A stretch of 64,000 nt of DNA from Candidatus Dojkabacteria bacterium (GTDB lineage Bacteria > Patescibacteriota > Dojkabacteria > SC72): the NCBI GenBank assembly GCA_034005145.1, contig JAVEVH010000001.1, forward strand, positions 1,899 to 65,898, read 5' to 3'. Under the pieces are notes generated by a model, which saw only the letters and a program-made list of their open reading frames with translations, searched no databases and had not been told where the DNA came from. Numbering within the stretch: the first letter of the stretch is position 1; the number at the start of each line of letters is the position of its first letter. This document shows, one piece after another, positions 1-9,536 of this stretch. The translations under genes were made by a program, and so were the position numbers.

Positions 1-234
1 AGAGAGGCTTGGTTAGAAGCTTTAAAAGAGAACTGTAAGGAAGATATATACAAACTTTCTAAAGATATATCAGAGAGTATTGTAGAGAGTGTAGAGAGTA
101 TAAAATGGTACAATAAAGATATTAAGAATGAAGTTAAAAGGATATTAGAATTAAATCCAGAGGTTCTATATGTATTCGAATATATGTACGGAGAAAGGTT
201 TTTAGTTAAATTCCTTAACTCTTTAAATGACTAA
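1..234 (+). CDS. 3' end of an upstream gene (partial, no start in window); product unknown
   Basis: Frame 1 is open from nt 1 to a TAA at 232-234 (77 codons). Its stop overlaps the nth start in an ATGACTAA arrangement. No recognisable motif. Confidence 0.3.
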   Translation, partial: REAWLEALKENCKEDIYKLSKDISESIVESVESIKWYNKDIKNEVKRILELNPEVLYVFEYMYGERFLVKFLNSLND

Positions 235-838
235 AAAGGAAAGGGCAATTAGATTACTTAGGATACTAGAAGATATGTATCCTAATGCTGATACTGAGCT
301 TAAAAATTGGAACACACCTTTCCAATTTCTTGTTTGTATAATGTTGAGTGCTCAAACTACTGATAAACAGGTAAATAAGATAACTGAACAGCTATTTACT
401 ATATACCCCGATACGTATACGATGGCATTGGCAGAAATAGAAGATATTGAGAAATATATATCCTCTGTTAATTACTTTCATACTAAGGCTAAACATATTA
501 AACAGACAGCTACAATATTACTAAAAAAGTACAACGGTGAGGTACCAATTACATTAGAGGAGTTACTAGAGCTTCCAGGAGTAGGGTATAAAACTGCTAA
601 TGTGTTTCTAAATGATCTTTACAAGGCTAATTTAGGTATAGCGGTAGATACTCATGTTAAAAAGACCGCTATTAAGTACCGTTTAACTAAAAATACAGAC
701 CCTAACAAAATATCTAAAGATTTAGAAAAGATATATCCCAAAGAGCAGTGGTGGAAGATTAATAGGTATTTTGTATTATATGGTAGATATGATTTTAAAA
801 TTGATTTAGACTTGGAAATAGATATAGTCAAAGAGTAA
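227..838 (+). CDS. nth: Endonuclease III-like HhH-GPD DNA glycosylase (no C-terminal 4Fe-4S Cys cluster)
   Basis: Helix-hairpin-helix motif LPGVGYKTANVFL followed by the catalytic D in DTHV. The C-terminus has no Cys residues. Confidence 0.8.
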   Translation: MTKKERAIRLLRILEDMYPNADTELKNWNTPFQFLVCIMLSAQTTDKQVNKITEQLFTIYPDTYTMALAEIEDIEKYISSVNYFHTKAKHIKQTATILLKKYNGEVPITLEELLELPGVGYKTANVFLNDLYKANLGIAVDTHVKKTAIKYRLTKNTDPNKISKDLEKIYPKEQWWKINRYFVLYGRYDFKIDLDLEIDIVKE

Positions 839-926
839 AGTAGGTGGTATAATCCTACTCGCAGTACTATTATTTTAGTGTATGTATGTAATACTGCTAA
901 TTCATACATCGCCATAGGATATATAT

Positions 927-2168
927 ATGGTAAATACAAAAGTTAAGAATACAGATGCTAAAGATAAGGCAATGTATTCAGAGTTAGATACATTTCTTTC
1001 AGATGATTCTCATAAGATTAAGCAATTAAGCAAAGGTGAGATTGTTGAGGGAGAAATCGTAAGTATTAATAACGGAGTTATCGTTGTTGATATAGGTTTC
1101 AAATCAGAGGGTATTATAGCTGGTAAAGAGCTTAAATCTGACATACTTGATTGGACAAAATTAAGTGTTGGAGACAAGATCTTGGTATATGTTGTAAAAC
1201 CTGAAGATGAGAAAGGACAGTTAGTACTTTCAATTAGAAGAACACAGCAAGCAAGTGCATGGTTAGCATTAGAGAATGCTAAAAAGAGCAATGAGGTAGT
1301 AGAGGCTACAGTTGTAGAGTCTAATAATGGAGGATTAATTGTTGAGATTGGTAAAGGTATTAGAGGCTTTATACCTACTTCTCAATTAGATGCAACTAGA
1401 GTGTATGCTAATGGAGTTAGACAGGTTGGTAAAGATATTTCATCTAGAGTACAAAAGAGATTAAATACCTTAATTGGTGAGAGTATTAAGACAAGAATTA
1501 TTGAGCTAGATAGAGAGAAGAATAGAATTATTCTTTCTGAAAAGATGGTTACCCAAGCTAGAGATTTAGAGAAGAGAGCACAAACTCTTAAGAAAGTTAA
1601 AGAGAGTGATGTACTTAAGGGTACAGTAAGTGGTATTACACCTTTTGGTATATTTGTTAATGCTCAAGGATTAGAAGGGTTAGTACATCTTTCGGAGCTC
1701 TCATGGGATAAGGTTGAAGATATTGGAGCTATATACAAAGTAGGAGATACTGTTGACGTTATGGTCATTGGTCTTTCTGATGGTGGTAAGAGAGTAGCTT
1801 ACAGTGTTAAGAGATTACAGCAAGATCCATGGTCTCAAGCTATTTCCCAATTTAAGGTTGGCGATGTAGTAGAGGGAGAGATTCAAAAGGTTGTTCCTTA
1901 CGGTGCATTTGTAAGAATAGGGGAAGGATTAAATGGGTTAATACATATCTCAGAGCTTTCTGATAAGTTGGTAAAAAATCCAGAAGATATAGTTAAGGTA
2001 GGGCAGGAAGTAAAGGTTAAAATCCTTTCTATATCATCTACTGAAAGACACTTAGGCTTAAGCCTTAAATCTGGTAGCACAACTACTGTGTCTACACCAT
2101 CTCCAAAGCTAAATGATGAGGAGTTGGCAGAGGCATTAGATGCTGCTATAGATTCAGAGATTAAGTAA
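927..2168 (+). CDS. rpsA: 30S ribosomal protein S1 (four S1 domains)
   Basis: Repeated S1 RNA-binding domains (GEIVEGEIV..., GTVSGITPFGIFV..., GDVVEGEIQKVVPYGAFV...). Length 413 aa is typical of the short S1 of low-GC/CPR lineages. Confidence 0.85.
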   Translation: MVNTKVKNTDAKDKAMYSELDTFLSDDSHKIKQLSKGEIVEGEIVSINNGVIVVDIGFKSEGIIAGKELKSDILDWTKLSVGDKILVYVVKPEDEKGQLVLSIRRTQQASAWLALENAKKSNEVVEATVVESNNGGLIVEIGKGIRGFIPTSQLDATRVYANGVRQVGKDISSRVQKRLNTLIGESIKTRIIELDREKNRIILSEKMVTQARDLEKRAQTLKKVKESDVLKGTVSGITPFGIFVNAQGLEGLVHLSELSWDKVEDIGAIYKVGDTVDVMVIGLSDGGKRVAYSVKRLQQDPWSQAISQFKVGDVVEGEIQKVVPYGAFVRIGEGLNGLIHISELSDKLVKNPEDIVKVGQEVKVKILSISSTERHLGLSLKSGSTTTVSTPSPKLNDEELAEALDAAIDSEIK

Positions 2169-2186
2169 TTTCTATTAAATAGAATA

Positions 2187-2215
2187 AAAAGAGGGTATTA
2201 ATACCCTCTTTTTTG
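2187..2215 (+). terminator. Rho-independent terminator after rpsA
   Basis: Hairpin aagagggtat-taa-taccctctt followed by tttttgg. Confidence 0.6.
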
Positions 2216-2222
2216 GTATAAT
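2214..2222 (+). promoter_or_regulatory. Extended -10 element TGGTATAAT 5 nt upstream of the clpC ATG (putative leaderless transcript)
   Basis: Exact TGnTATAAT match. The same 9-mer recurs at 845, 7841, 48368 and 51700. Confidence 0.4.
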
Positions 2223-2227
2223 GAGAT

Positions 2228-4699
2228 ATGGAGAAGGTTACTAAAAAACATATATTCACAAGACTATCTAAAAACTCTCGTATAGGGATAAGGAATGCAT
2301 CATTAATATCAGAGCATTTAAAAAGTAAAACAATAGAGCCAGAACATCTCTTAGTAGGAATACTTCTTAATGAGAATGCCCTTGCTACTAAGGTTATCAT
2401 TAGTATGGGGTTTAATGTAAAGGAGTTGATTACTAAGGTTTTAGGTAGTAAGAGTGTAGATGTAATTGTAGATGTTAATAAGCCAAAAGAGGTTAAATTT
2501 TCCTCTACTAGTAGGGAGATATTAAGAAGAGCTTTTGATTGGTCTCAAAGACTTGCTCATGTATATGTTGGTTCTGAGCATCTAATGTTGGGAATATTAG
2601 AATCTAAGGATTCCTTTATCGTTGATTTAGTTAATCAGGGTATTACCTCAAGAAGATTCCAAAAACATCTTTCAGAAATAGCGACATATCCTCTAGGTGT
2701 ATTAGCTAAGCCTGATATACAGGGTATGGGTCCTGATCAGGGTAGGATATTAGAGAGTATTGGTAAAGATTTAGTAGAGCTAGCTAGAACAGGGGATTTA
2801 GATCCTTTAGTAGGTAGGGAGGATGAGCTTTCTAACGTTATTAAAATTCTAAGTAGAAGGAAAAAGAATAACCCTATTATCGTTGGTGATGCTGGAGTAG
2901 GTAAGACTGTATTAATAGAGGGTTTAGCACAAAAGATTGCAGATGATAGAGTACCTCCATCTCTAAGAGATATGAAAATTGTAGAGTTAGATGTAGCTAG
3001 TATTATGGCAGGTAGTAGGATGAGGGGTGATGTAGAGGAGAAGGTTTTAGATATTGTAAATGAGGTAGTAGAGTCAAATAACACGATTCTTTTCATAGAT
3101 GAAATACATACCATTCTTAGCTCTGGCATCCCAGGAGGTGGTTCTGAGATTGCCTCTATACTTAAACCTGCATTACTTAAGGATGATTTTAGGTGTATTG
3201 GTGCTACTACTACAGATGAATATTCTGCATATTTTGAAAATGATAATGCTCTTGCTAGAAGGTTCCAACCAATATTTCTTAAAGAGCCTAGTATAGAGGA
3301 GAGTGTTCAAATATTAAAGAACTTAAAACCCATACTCGAAGCACATCACAATATTAGTATAGATGAGGAGGCTGTACAGTTAGCTGTTAGCTTGTCAGAT
3401 AGATATATTAGTGATAGGTATTTACCTGATAAGGCAATAGATTTGTTAGATGAAGCTAGTGCTACTAAGAGATTGAGTGTAGAGGGTGAGTATGAAAATA
3501 TCTCTTCTTTAATGGCAAAGTTAAGAAGTCTTCAAAATGCTAAAAAGGAGTATATATTACAGGGTAAGATGGAGAGAGCAGAGAAGTATAAGAAAAGTGA
3601 AGAGTCCATTATGAGAAAGATTAAGGTTTTAGAGAAAGAGAGAGAGGAGAGTAAAAAGAAAAGAGATAGTATTGTTAATACTGAGGATATTAGAAAGGTT
3701 GTTTCTAATTGGACAGGTATTCCTCTTAATACATTAGGTAGTAAAGAGAAAACAGCTTTGCTTAAATTAGATAGTAAGATTAATCTCTCCGTTATTGGTC
3801 AGAAAGAGGCTGTAGAGGGAGTAGTTTCTGCAATCAAGAGAGCAAGAACAGGTATTTCTGATGTTAGTAGGCCATGGGCATCATTTCTTTTTTTGGGTCC
3901 TACAGGAGTAGGTAAGACACAGTTAGCTAAGGTTTTAGCTCAAGAGCTTTTTGGTAAGGAAGAAAGATTAATACAAATAGATATGAGTGAGATGATGGAG
4001 ATGCATAGTGTATCTAAATTAATAGGTTCCCCTCCTGGTTATGTAGGGTATCAAGAGGGTGGTTGGTTAACAGAGAGTGTTAGAAGAAATCCACATAGTG
4101 TAATACTTTTTGATGAGATTGAAAAAGCACATCCTGATGTTTTAAATATACTTTTACAGATATTAGAGTATGGGCATCTTACTGATGGTAGGGGTAGGAG
4201 AGTTAATTTTAAAAATACCATAGTTATACTAACCTCAAATATTGGTGCAGAGGAAATTAGTAGAGATAAAGTGTTAGGGTTTTCTACCTCTAAAACTACA
4301 GGACGAAATGGTGGTAAGTCGGAACAAGCCTATAATTCTATGAAGTCTGAATTAATGAGTGAGTTAAGAAAAACATTGAGGCCAGAGCTATTAAATAGGT
4401 TAGATGATATTGTAATATTTAGAGCATTGAATACCAGAGATGCTAAAAAGATTGTAGAGTTACTTTTGGAGGAATTAAATGGTAGATTAAGTAATCAGAA
4501 TATTAAGATATCTTTAAGCAAGGAGTTACTTACTCATATTGTTAAGGAAGGGTTTAGTGAAGAGTATGGTGCTAGACCTCTTAGAAGAGTTCTTCAAGAT
4601 TTAGTAGAGAGTACTGTTGCAGATCGTATATTAAAAAATGATAGTGAGGGAGAGATATCTTTGGGAATAGAGAAGGGTAAGATTAAGATTTTAAACTAA
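2228..4699 (+). CDS. clpC: ATP-dependent Clp protease ATP-binding subunit ClpC-like (two AAA+ modules, Clp_N repeats)
   Basis: Clp N-domain repeats, Walker A GDAGVGKT and second GPTGVGKT, sensor/arginine-finger regions. 823 aa. Confidence 0.85.
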   Translation: MEKVTKKHIFTRLSKNSRIGIRNASLISEHLKSKTIEPEHLLVGILLNENALATKVIISMGFNVKELITKVLGSKSVDVIVDVNKPKEVKFSSTSREILRRAFDWSQRLAHVYVGSEHLMLGILESKDSFIVDLVNQGITSRRFQKHLSEIATYPLGVLAKPDIQGMGPDQGRILESIGKDLVELARTGDLDPLVGREDELSNVIKILSRRKKNNPIIVGDAGVGKTVLIEGLAQKIADDRVPPSLRDMKIVELDVASIMAGSRMRGDVEEKVLDIVNEVVESNNTILFIDEIHTILSSGIPGGGSEIASILKPALLKDDFRCIGATTTDEYSAYFENDNALARRFQPIFLKEPSIEESVQILKNLKPILEAHHNISIDEEAVQLAVSLSDRYISDRYLPDKAIDLLDEASATKRLSVEGEYENISSLMAKLRSLQNAKKEYILQGKMERAEKYKKSEESIMRKIKVLEKEREESKKKRDSIVNTEDIRKVVSNWTGIPLNTLGSKEKTALLKLDSKINLSVIGQKEAVEGVVSAIKRARTGISDVSRPWASFLFLGPTGVGKTQLAKVLAQELFGKEERLIQIDMSEMMEMHSVSKLIGSPPGYVGYQEGGWLTESVRRNPHSVILFDEIEKAHPDVLNILLQILEYGHLTDGRGRRVNFKNTIVILTSNIGAEEISRDKVLGFSTSKTTGRNGGKSEQAYNSMKSELMSELRKTLRPELLNRLDDIVIFRALNTRDAKKIVELLLEELNGRLSNQNIKISLSKELLTHIVKEGFSEEYGARPLRRVLQDLVESTVADRILKNDSEGEISLGIEKGKIKILN

Positions 4700-4716
4700 A
4701 TTATTTTCATATCTAG

Positions 4717-6063
4717 ATGAAATATATCTGTAGTTCATGTGGTAGTGAGTCACTTAGATGGTCTGGTAAGTGTAGTGTTTGTAATGAGTGGGGTACTTTA
4801 GAGGAACTAAGTGAGGAAATTGTAAATACCAATGGAAAAGCAGGTAGTAGTACAAAGGCTTCCTATAGGGCTATTACAGAATATAGAAGTGGTACCGATA
4901 GTAAAAAGGTCGCTAAGAATAGATTGAGTACGGGATATAAGGAGTTTGATAGGGTATTGGGTGGTGGATTAATATCTGGAGAGGTTGTATTAATGAGTGG
5001 AGAGCCAGGTGTAGGTAAATCTACCATTCTTTTACAAGTAGCTTTAAATATATCTTCTAAACTTCGTGTTTTGTATGTATGTGGAGAGGAATCTCCATCT
5101 CAGTTAGTATCTAGGTTAGATAGGTTAGCAAAAGAAAAAGACAATGTAGAGAATATATTTGTAACTAATGATGTAGTAGTCGAAAATATTTACAATCTTG
5201 TTTCAGAAGAGGAATTTGGATTAGTAATAGTAGATTCTGTACAGAGTGTAAGCTCTTTAACCTCTAAAGGATATCCTGGAAGCATCAGTCAGGTTCGAGC
5301 TTCAGGAGCTCTTTTAACACGTCTTTCTAAAGTAACTGGTGTACCATCTATACTTGTAGGACAAATAAATAAAGGGGGAGATATTGCTGGTCCAAAGATA
5401 TTAGAGCATATTGTAGACTGTGTTTTGTACATAGAGGGGGGAGAATTTAATCAGTACAGGATATTAAGGGGTATGAAAAACAGGTTTGGTTCCACGAATG
5501 AAATAGGGGTATTTGAGATGACATCCATGGGTTTGCAAGAGGTTGGTAATCCATCTCTAATATTTTTAGATTCTAAATCAGCTGTTTCAGGTAGCGCTAT
5601 TGGTGCAATACTTCAGGGTTCTCGTGTAGTTTTTGTAGAGGTACAGGCATTGGTTGTAGAAAGGGGTGCTGAGGTAGGTCCTTTGAGAAGGGTTGCTAAT
5701 GGTATTAAAAAACCAAGATTAGATATGCTTTGTGCTGTTTTATCTAGGAGAGCAGGTGTATTTTTAGGAGATAAGGATGTGTTTGTTAATATAGTTGGTG
5801 GTGTAACTGTATCAGATCCTGCTGTAGATTTAGCTGTTTGTGCTGCTATTAAGTCAGCAGTAAAGGATACTGTGTTGGAGAAAGAATCTATATATTTTGG
5901 TGAGGTAGGTTTAACTGGTGAGATTCGTGGTACATGGGGTTTAGATTCAGTTCTGTCTGAAGCTGCAAGAGTAGGGTATAAGAGTGCATATATAGGCAAT
6001 ACTTCTGTTAAAAGGAAGAGGGATTTAAAGGTTACTGTAGTAAAGAGTATAAAGACCCTCTAG
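4717..6063 (+). CDS. radA: DNA repair protein RadA/Sms
   Basis: N-terminal C4 zinc finger CSSCGSESLRWSGKCSVCNEWG, RecA-like Walker A GEPGVGKST, C-terminal Lon-protease-like domain. Confidence 0.9.
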   Translation: MKYICSSCGSESLRWSGKCSVCNEWGTLEELSEEIVNTNGKAGSSTKASYRAITEYRSGTDSKKVAKNRLSTGYKEFDRVLGGGLISGEVVLMSGEPGVGKSTILLQVALNISSKLRVLYVCGEESPSQLVSRLDRLAKEKDNVENIFVTNDVVVENIYNLVSEEEFGLVIVDSVQSVSSLTSKGYPGSISQVRASGALLTRLSKVTGVPSILVGQINKGGDIAGPKILEHIVDCVLYIEGGEFNQYRILRGMKNRFGSTNEIGVFEMTSMGLQEVGNPSLIFLDSKSAVSGSAIGAILQGSRVVFVEVQALVVERGAEVGPLRRVANGIKKPRLDMLCAVLSRRAGVFLGDKDVFVNIVGGVTVSDPAVDLAVCAAIKSAVKDTVLEKESIYFGEVGLTGEIRGTWGLDSVLSEAARVGYKSAYIGNTSVKRKRDLKVTVVKSIKTL

Positions 6064-6205
6064 TTATTGCAAATATCCGTTCACATTTTTCGTAACACTT
6101 AGTTCTATTATATATTTCCGTAACATCGATACCGTTTATAAGCCTAAAAGCCTTGGTATGTAATAACTTATATATTTATCCTCAGTGTGAATACTTCTTA
6201 TAGGG

Positions 6206-6235
6206 TTGACATATTACATACAAAGGGATTATAAT
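6206..6235 (+). promoter_or_regulatory. Sigma70-type promoter TTGACA-17-TATAAT
   Basis: ttgaca(6206-6211), 17-nt spacer, tataat(6230-6235). Lies in a 508-nt non-coding gap. Confidence 0.5.
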
Positions 6236-6241
6236 ATGTTG

Positions 6242-6482
6242 TTCATTTAATAACTGTGTGGATATCTTAATTTTCTCCCTTTGTCTGGGGTGCCACAAAC
6301 ACATCTGGGCAAAAGGAAAAGATTAAGATATTTCAAGTCTCTCTTTAGTATGAGTTTAGGGTAAACTCAAATAAAGGAAGATTTGGGAAGCACAGTGTGC
6401 TCTCCGATTTTATATTATTAGTTTCGCTAATAGTATGATACCGGGGTCGGTTGGGGCAGTACCGATCCCATCTTTCTTTTTT
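6242..6482 (+). ncRNA. Candidate ~240-nt structured small RNA of unknown class (own promoter and terminator)
   Basis: Bounded by the promoter at 6206-6235 and an intrinsic terminator at 6443-6482. No ORF above 20 codons. Internal complementary segments: atatcttaat/attaagatat, gggaagcaca...tgtgctctcc. Confidence 0.4.
6443..6482 (+). terminator. Rho-independent terminator (ggggtcggt-loop-accgatccc + U-run)
   Basis: 9-bp stem with one G-U pair, 9-nt loop, followed by atctttcttttttcat. Confidence 0.6.
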
Positions 6483-6487
6483 CATAG

Positions 6488-6516
6488 TTGACTTCTAATA
6501 TTTGATTGAATATACT
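6488..6516 (+). promoter_or_regulatory. Promoter for rho (TTGACT-17-TATACT)
   Basis: ttgact(6488-6493), 17-nt spacer, tatact(6511-6516), about 55 nt upstream of the rho ATG. Confidence 0.45.
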
Positions 6517-6571
6517 AAGAAAGATTGAAAGGCTTATTGCCCAAAATTATTAATTTCCCTGTTATATATAT

Positions 6572-7837
6572 ATGGTTAACAAAACAAAGAGTATTAAAGA
6601 GTATGAACAGATGACTCTCGCTATGCTTCGTGCTGAAGCAAAGAAATTAGGTATGGAGGACTTTATGGAACTCCAGAAAAGAGAGCTTATGATTGAAATA
6701 TTAAAGAAATCTACCTCCGATGAGGGGTATGTTTTTGTTGAAGGTATCCTAGAGGTACAAAAAGATGGCTCACATGGTGTATTAAGAACTGATGGAGTAC
6801 TTCCTGGAGATAATGATGTATATATAGGGGGGTCTCAGATTAAGAAGTTTAGTCTTAGAACAGGAGATGTAGTATCTGGTCCTGCTAGATTACCTAAAGA
6901 GAAAGAGAAGTATCTTAGTTTACTAAGAGTAGATACTGTATATGGTAAGCCTGCTGCAGAGGCAGCAAATAGACCTGTTTTTATGAAAATGACACCTATA
7001 TTTCCTAATAGACAGATTAAATTAGAAAGTAAACCAGAGGTTCTTTCTACTAGAATGATAGATTTACTCTCTCCAATTGGTTTTGGTCAAAGAGCTATGG
7101 TAGTTTCTCCTCCTAAGGCTGGTAAAACATGGTTACTCAAAGATATTGCAGATGGTATTGCAGCTAATAATCCTAAGGCTAAATTAATAGTAGTATTGGT
7201 TGGTGAGAGACCTGAAGAGGTTACTGATATGAAAAGATTTGTAAAAGGAGAGGTATATGCTTCTAACTTTGATGAGCTTCCTGAGCATAACTGTAGAGTT
7301 GCTGAGATGGCACTTCAAAAGGCTATGTGTATGGTAGAGTGGGGAGAGGATGTCATTATCTTAATGGATAGTATTACTAGATTAGCTAGAGCATACAATA
7401 TTACTATGCCTACATCAGGTAAGACTCTCTCTGGAGGTTTTGATCCTGTAGCTTTATATCCACCTAAGAGATTCTTTGGTGCTGCTAGAAACTTCGAAGA
7501 GGGTGGTAGTTTAACAATTATCGCTACTGCTTTAGTAGAAACTGGTAGTAGAATGGATGACTTAGTATATGAGGAGTTCAAAGGTACAGGTAATATGGAG
7601 CTACATTTAGATAGATCTTTGGCTAACAAGAGAATATATCCATCTATAGATGTAACTAAATCAGGTACTAGAAATGAAGAGCTACTTTTAGGTAAAGAGG
7701 TTTTGAATCAATCATGGAGAATTAGAAGGATGATAGAGATATTAGATCAAAACGAGAATCCTACTGAAGTGCTCGTAAGTCAGCTTAGAAAGACAAAATC
7801 TAACGAGGAATTCCTCGCAACACTACATGAGGCCTAA
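6572..7837 (+). CDS. rho: Transcription termination factor Rho
   Basis: Rho N-terminal domain, OB-fold/CSD-like RNA-binding region, Walker A PPKAGKT, Q- and R-loops. 421 aa. Confidence 0.9.
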   Translation: MVNKTKSIKEYEQMTLAMLRAEAKKLGMEDFMELQKRELMIEILKKSTSDEGYVFVEGILEVQKDGSHGVLRTDGVLPGDNDVYIGGSQIKKFSLRTGDVVSGPARLPKEKEKYLSLLRVDTVYGKPAAEAANRPVFMKMTPIFPNRQIKLESKPEVLSTRMIDLLSPIGFGQRAMVVSPPKAGKTWLLKDIADGIAANNPKAKLIVVLVGERPEEVTDMKRFVKGEVYASNFDELPEHNCRVAEMALQKAMCMVEWGEDVIILMDSITRLARAYNITMPTSGKTLSGGFDPVALYPPKRFFGAARNFEEGGSLTIIATALVETGSRMDDLVYEEFKGTGNMELHLDRSLANKRIYPSIDVTKSGTRNEELLLGKEVLNQSWRIRRMIEILDQNENPTEVLVSQLRKTKSNEEFLATLHEA

Positions 7838-7863
7838 TTTTGGTATAATGTGTAGTATTTCAA

Positions 7864-9219
7864 ATGGAAAGAAAAGATTCGCAACACAACATATCGGGTT
7901 TAAGCTTTAGGGACCTTTCTATAGATTCTCCGGAATCTAATCAAGAGGGTGATTTTATATTCTTAGATACTGATATTTCAAATGATTCTGATTTAAGTAG
8001 AGCAAGGAAAGTATTCCAGTTTATTGCTAAAAAGTTTAACCCTAGAAAAGGGTTTTTAGCATTTTTAATAGACTTTATTGAATACAACCTTTCTAGATTA
8101 AGAATAGTGTGGGTATTAACCTCTGTACTTTTCGATATATTCTTTAAGAGTTTTGAATCTGTAAAAAATAGTATTGTAAGAAGGATGTTCTGGGGTAGAG
8201 GAGCTTTTCTTAAGTATGTTATACAGATAGCTAGTATTGTATTAGCCTTTATATTAAGTATTTCATATATCTATAGGACACCAACTATAATAAATGCTAA
8301 TGAGGAAGAGTTAGACTATATATCTGTAGCAGAGAGTGATTTACTTGCTATGAATGCTACTCTTAATACCGCTATTCCAAAAGATAGGGAGAGAAGAGGT
8401 ACTGATACATATATAGTTATGAATGGTGATACCTTAAGTACCATAGCCAGCAAATATAATATTTCTGTTGCTACAATCAAATGGGCTAACAGTTTAGGTT
8501 CTGATTTAGTAAAGCCTGGGCAAGAGTTAGAGATTCCTCCTGCAGATGGTGTATTAATTAAGGTTAAGAGTGGTGATACACTCGCATCTTTAGCTAAGAA
8601 GTATGCTGGTAATGAACAATCTATTGCTGACTTTAACTGGTTAGATTACCCATTTACCTTAGTAGCAGGACAAGAGCTATTTATTCCTGATGGTAGAATG
8701 CCTGAGGCTCCAAAGCCTGTATATGCCGCTACACCTAAGTCATATTCCTCTGGTTCAAGTAATCCAACAAAATATACAACTTCATATGTAGATCCTAATG
8801 TAGGAAGATTTTTGGGATGGCCTGTTGCTGGAGGTAGTGCAAGGATATCACAATATTACAAAGGTACACTTCACAGAGGTGTAGATATTGCTGATAGGAG
8901 TTTACCAAATCTTAAGGCTGCTGCTGGTGGTACCATTATCTTTGCAGGTTGTGCAGGTTACTGTCCTCCTTTAGGTTCTACATATGGTGGCTCTGGATAC
9001 GCATGGTCTATACAAATTGATCACGGTAATGGATATACCACATGGTATGCTCACTTAAAGAATATCTATGTAAGGACTGGTCAGAAGGTAAGTAAGGGTC
9101 AAACTATTGGTCAGATGGGTTCTACTGGTAGATCTACTGGTCCTCACGTACACTTCGAGTTAAGAAGGGGTGCAGCATACGGTACTCAAATCAACCCCAT
9201 GCTATATACCAGTTGGTAA
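7864..9219 (+). CDS. Membrane-anchored peptidoglycan endopeptidase: 2x LysM + M23 (LytM) peptidase domain
   Basis: N-terminal TM segment. LysM repeats (GDTLSTIASKYNISVATIKWAN; GDTLASLAKKYAGNEQSIADFN). M23 motifs HRGVDIA ... HGNGYTTWYAHL ... GSTGRSTGPHVHFE. Confidence 0.85.
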   Translation: MERKDSQHNISGLSFRDLSIDSPESNQEGDFIFLDTDISNDSDLSRARKVFQFIAKKFNPRKGFLAFLIDFIEYNLSRLRIVWVLTSVLFDIFFKSFESVKNSIVRRMFWGRGAFLKYVIQIASIVLAFILSISYIYRTPTIINANEEELDYISVAESDLLAMNATLNTAIPKDRERRGTDTYIVMNGDTLSTIASKYNISVATIKWANSLGSDLVKPGQELEIPPADGVLIKVKSGDTLASLAKKYAGNEQSIADFNWLDYPFTLVAGQELFIPDGRMPEAPKPVYAATPKSYSSGSSNPTKYTTSYVDPNVGRFLGWPVAGGSARISQYYKGTLHRGVDIADRSLPNLKAAAGGTIIFAGCAGYCPPLGSTYGGSGYAWSIQIDHGNGYTTWYAHLKNIYVRTGQKVSKGQTIGQMGSTGRSTGPHVHFELRRGAAYGTQINPMLYTSW

Positions 9220-9243
9220 TATTTCAGGTATAATTCTCAGGTA

Positions 9244-9316
9244 GGGCTCATAGTTTAGTTGGGAGAACATCGCATTCGCATTGCGAAGGTCGCCGGTTCA
9301 ACTCCGGCTGAGTCCA
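9244..9316 (+). tRNA. tRNA-Ala (anticodon CGC)
   Basis: Cloverleaf folded by hand: acceptor GGGCUCA/UGAGUCC with G3:U70 (Ala identity), anticodon loop UUCGCAU, T-loop TTCAACT. 73 nt, no encoded CCA. Confidence 0.8.
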
Positions 9317-9325
9317 TATACATGT

Positions 9326-9399
9326 GGGCCTGTAGCTCAGTTGGCTAGAGCACATCGCTGGCAGCGATGGGGTCAGGGGTTCGAACCCCCTCAGGTCCA
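9326..9399 (+). tRNA. tRNA-Ala (anticodon GGC)
   Basis: Acceptor GGGCCUG/CAGGUCC with G3:U70, anticodon loop CUGGCAG, T-arm AGGGGTTCGAACCCCCT. 74 nt. Confidence 0.8.
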
Positions 9400-9536
9400 T
9401 TTTGTTTACATATGTACATCAGAAGGTTAGGGGGATTGAATACTTTTCACAGCTATGTAAAACGGCTTGTTAATGGGAACTTTTCAAATCACAATATTTA
9501 AAGTAAAATACTCACATAACTAATACACACATATAT

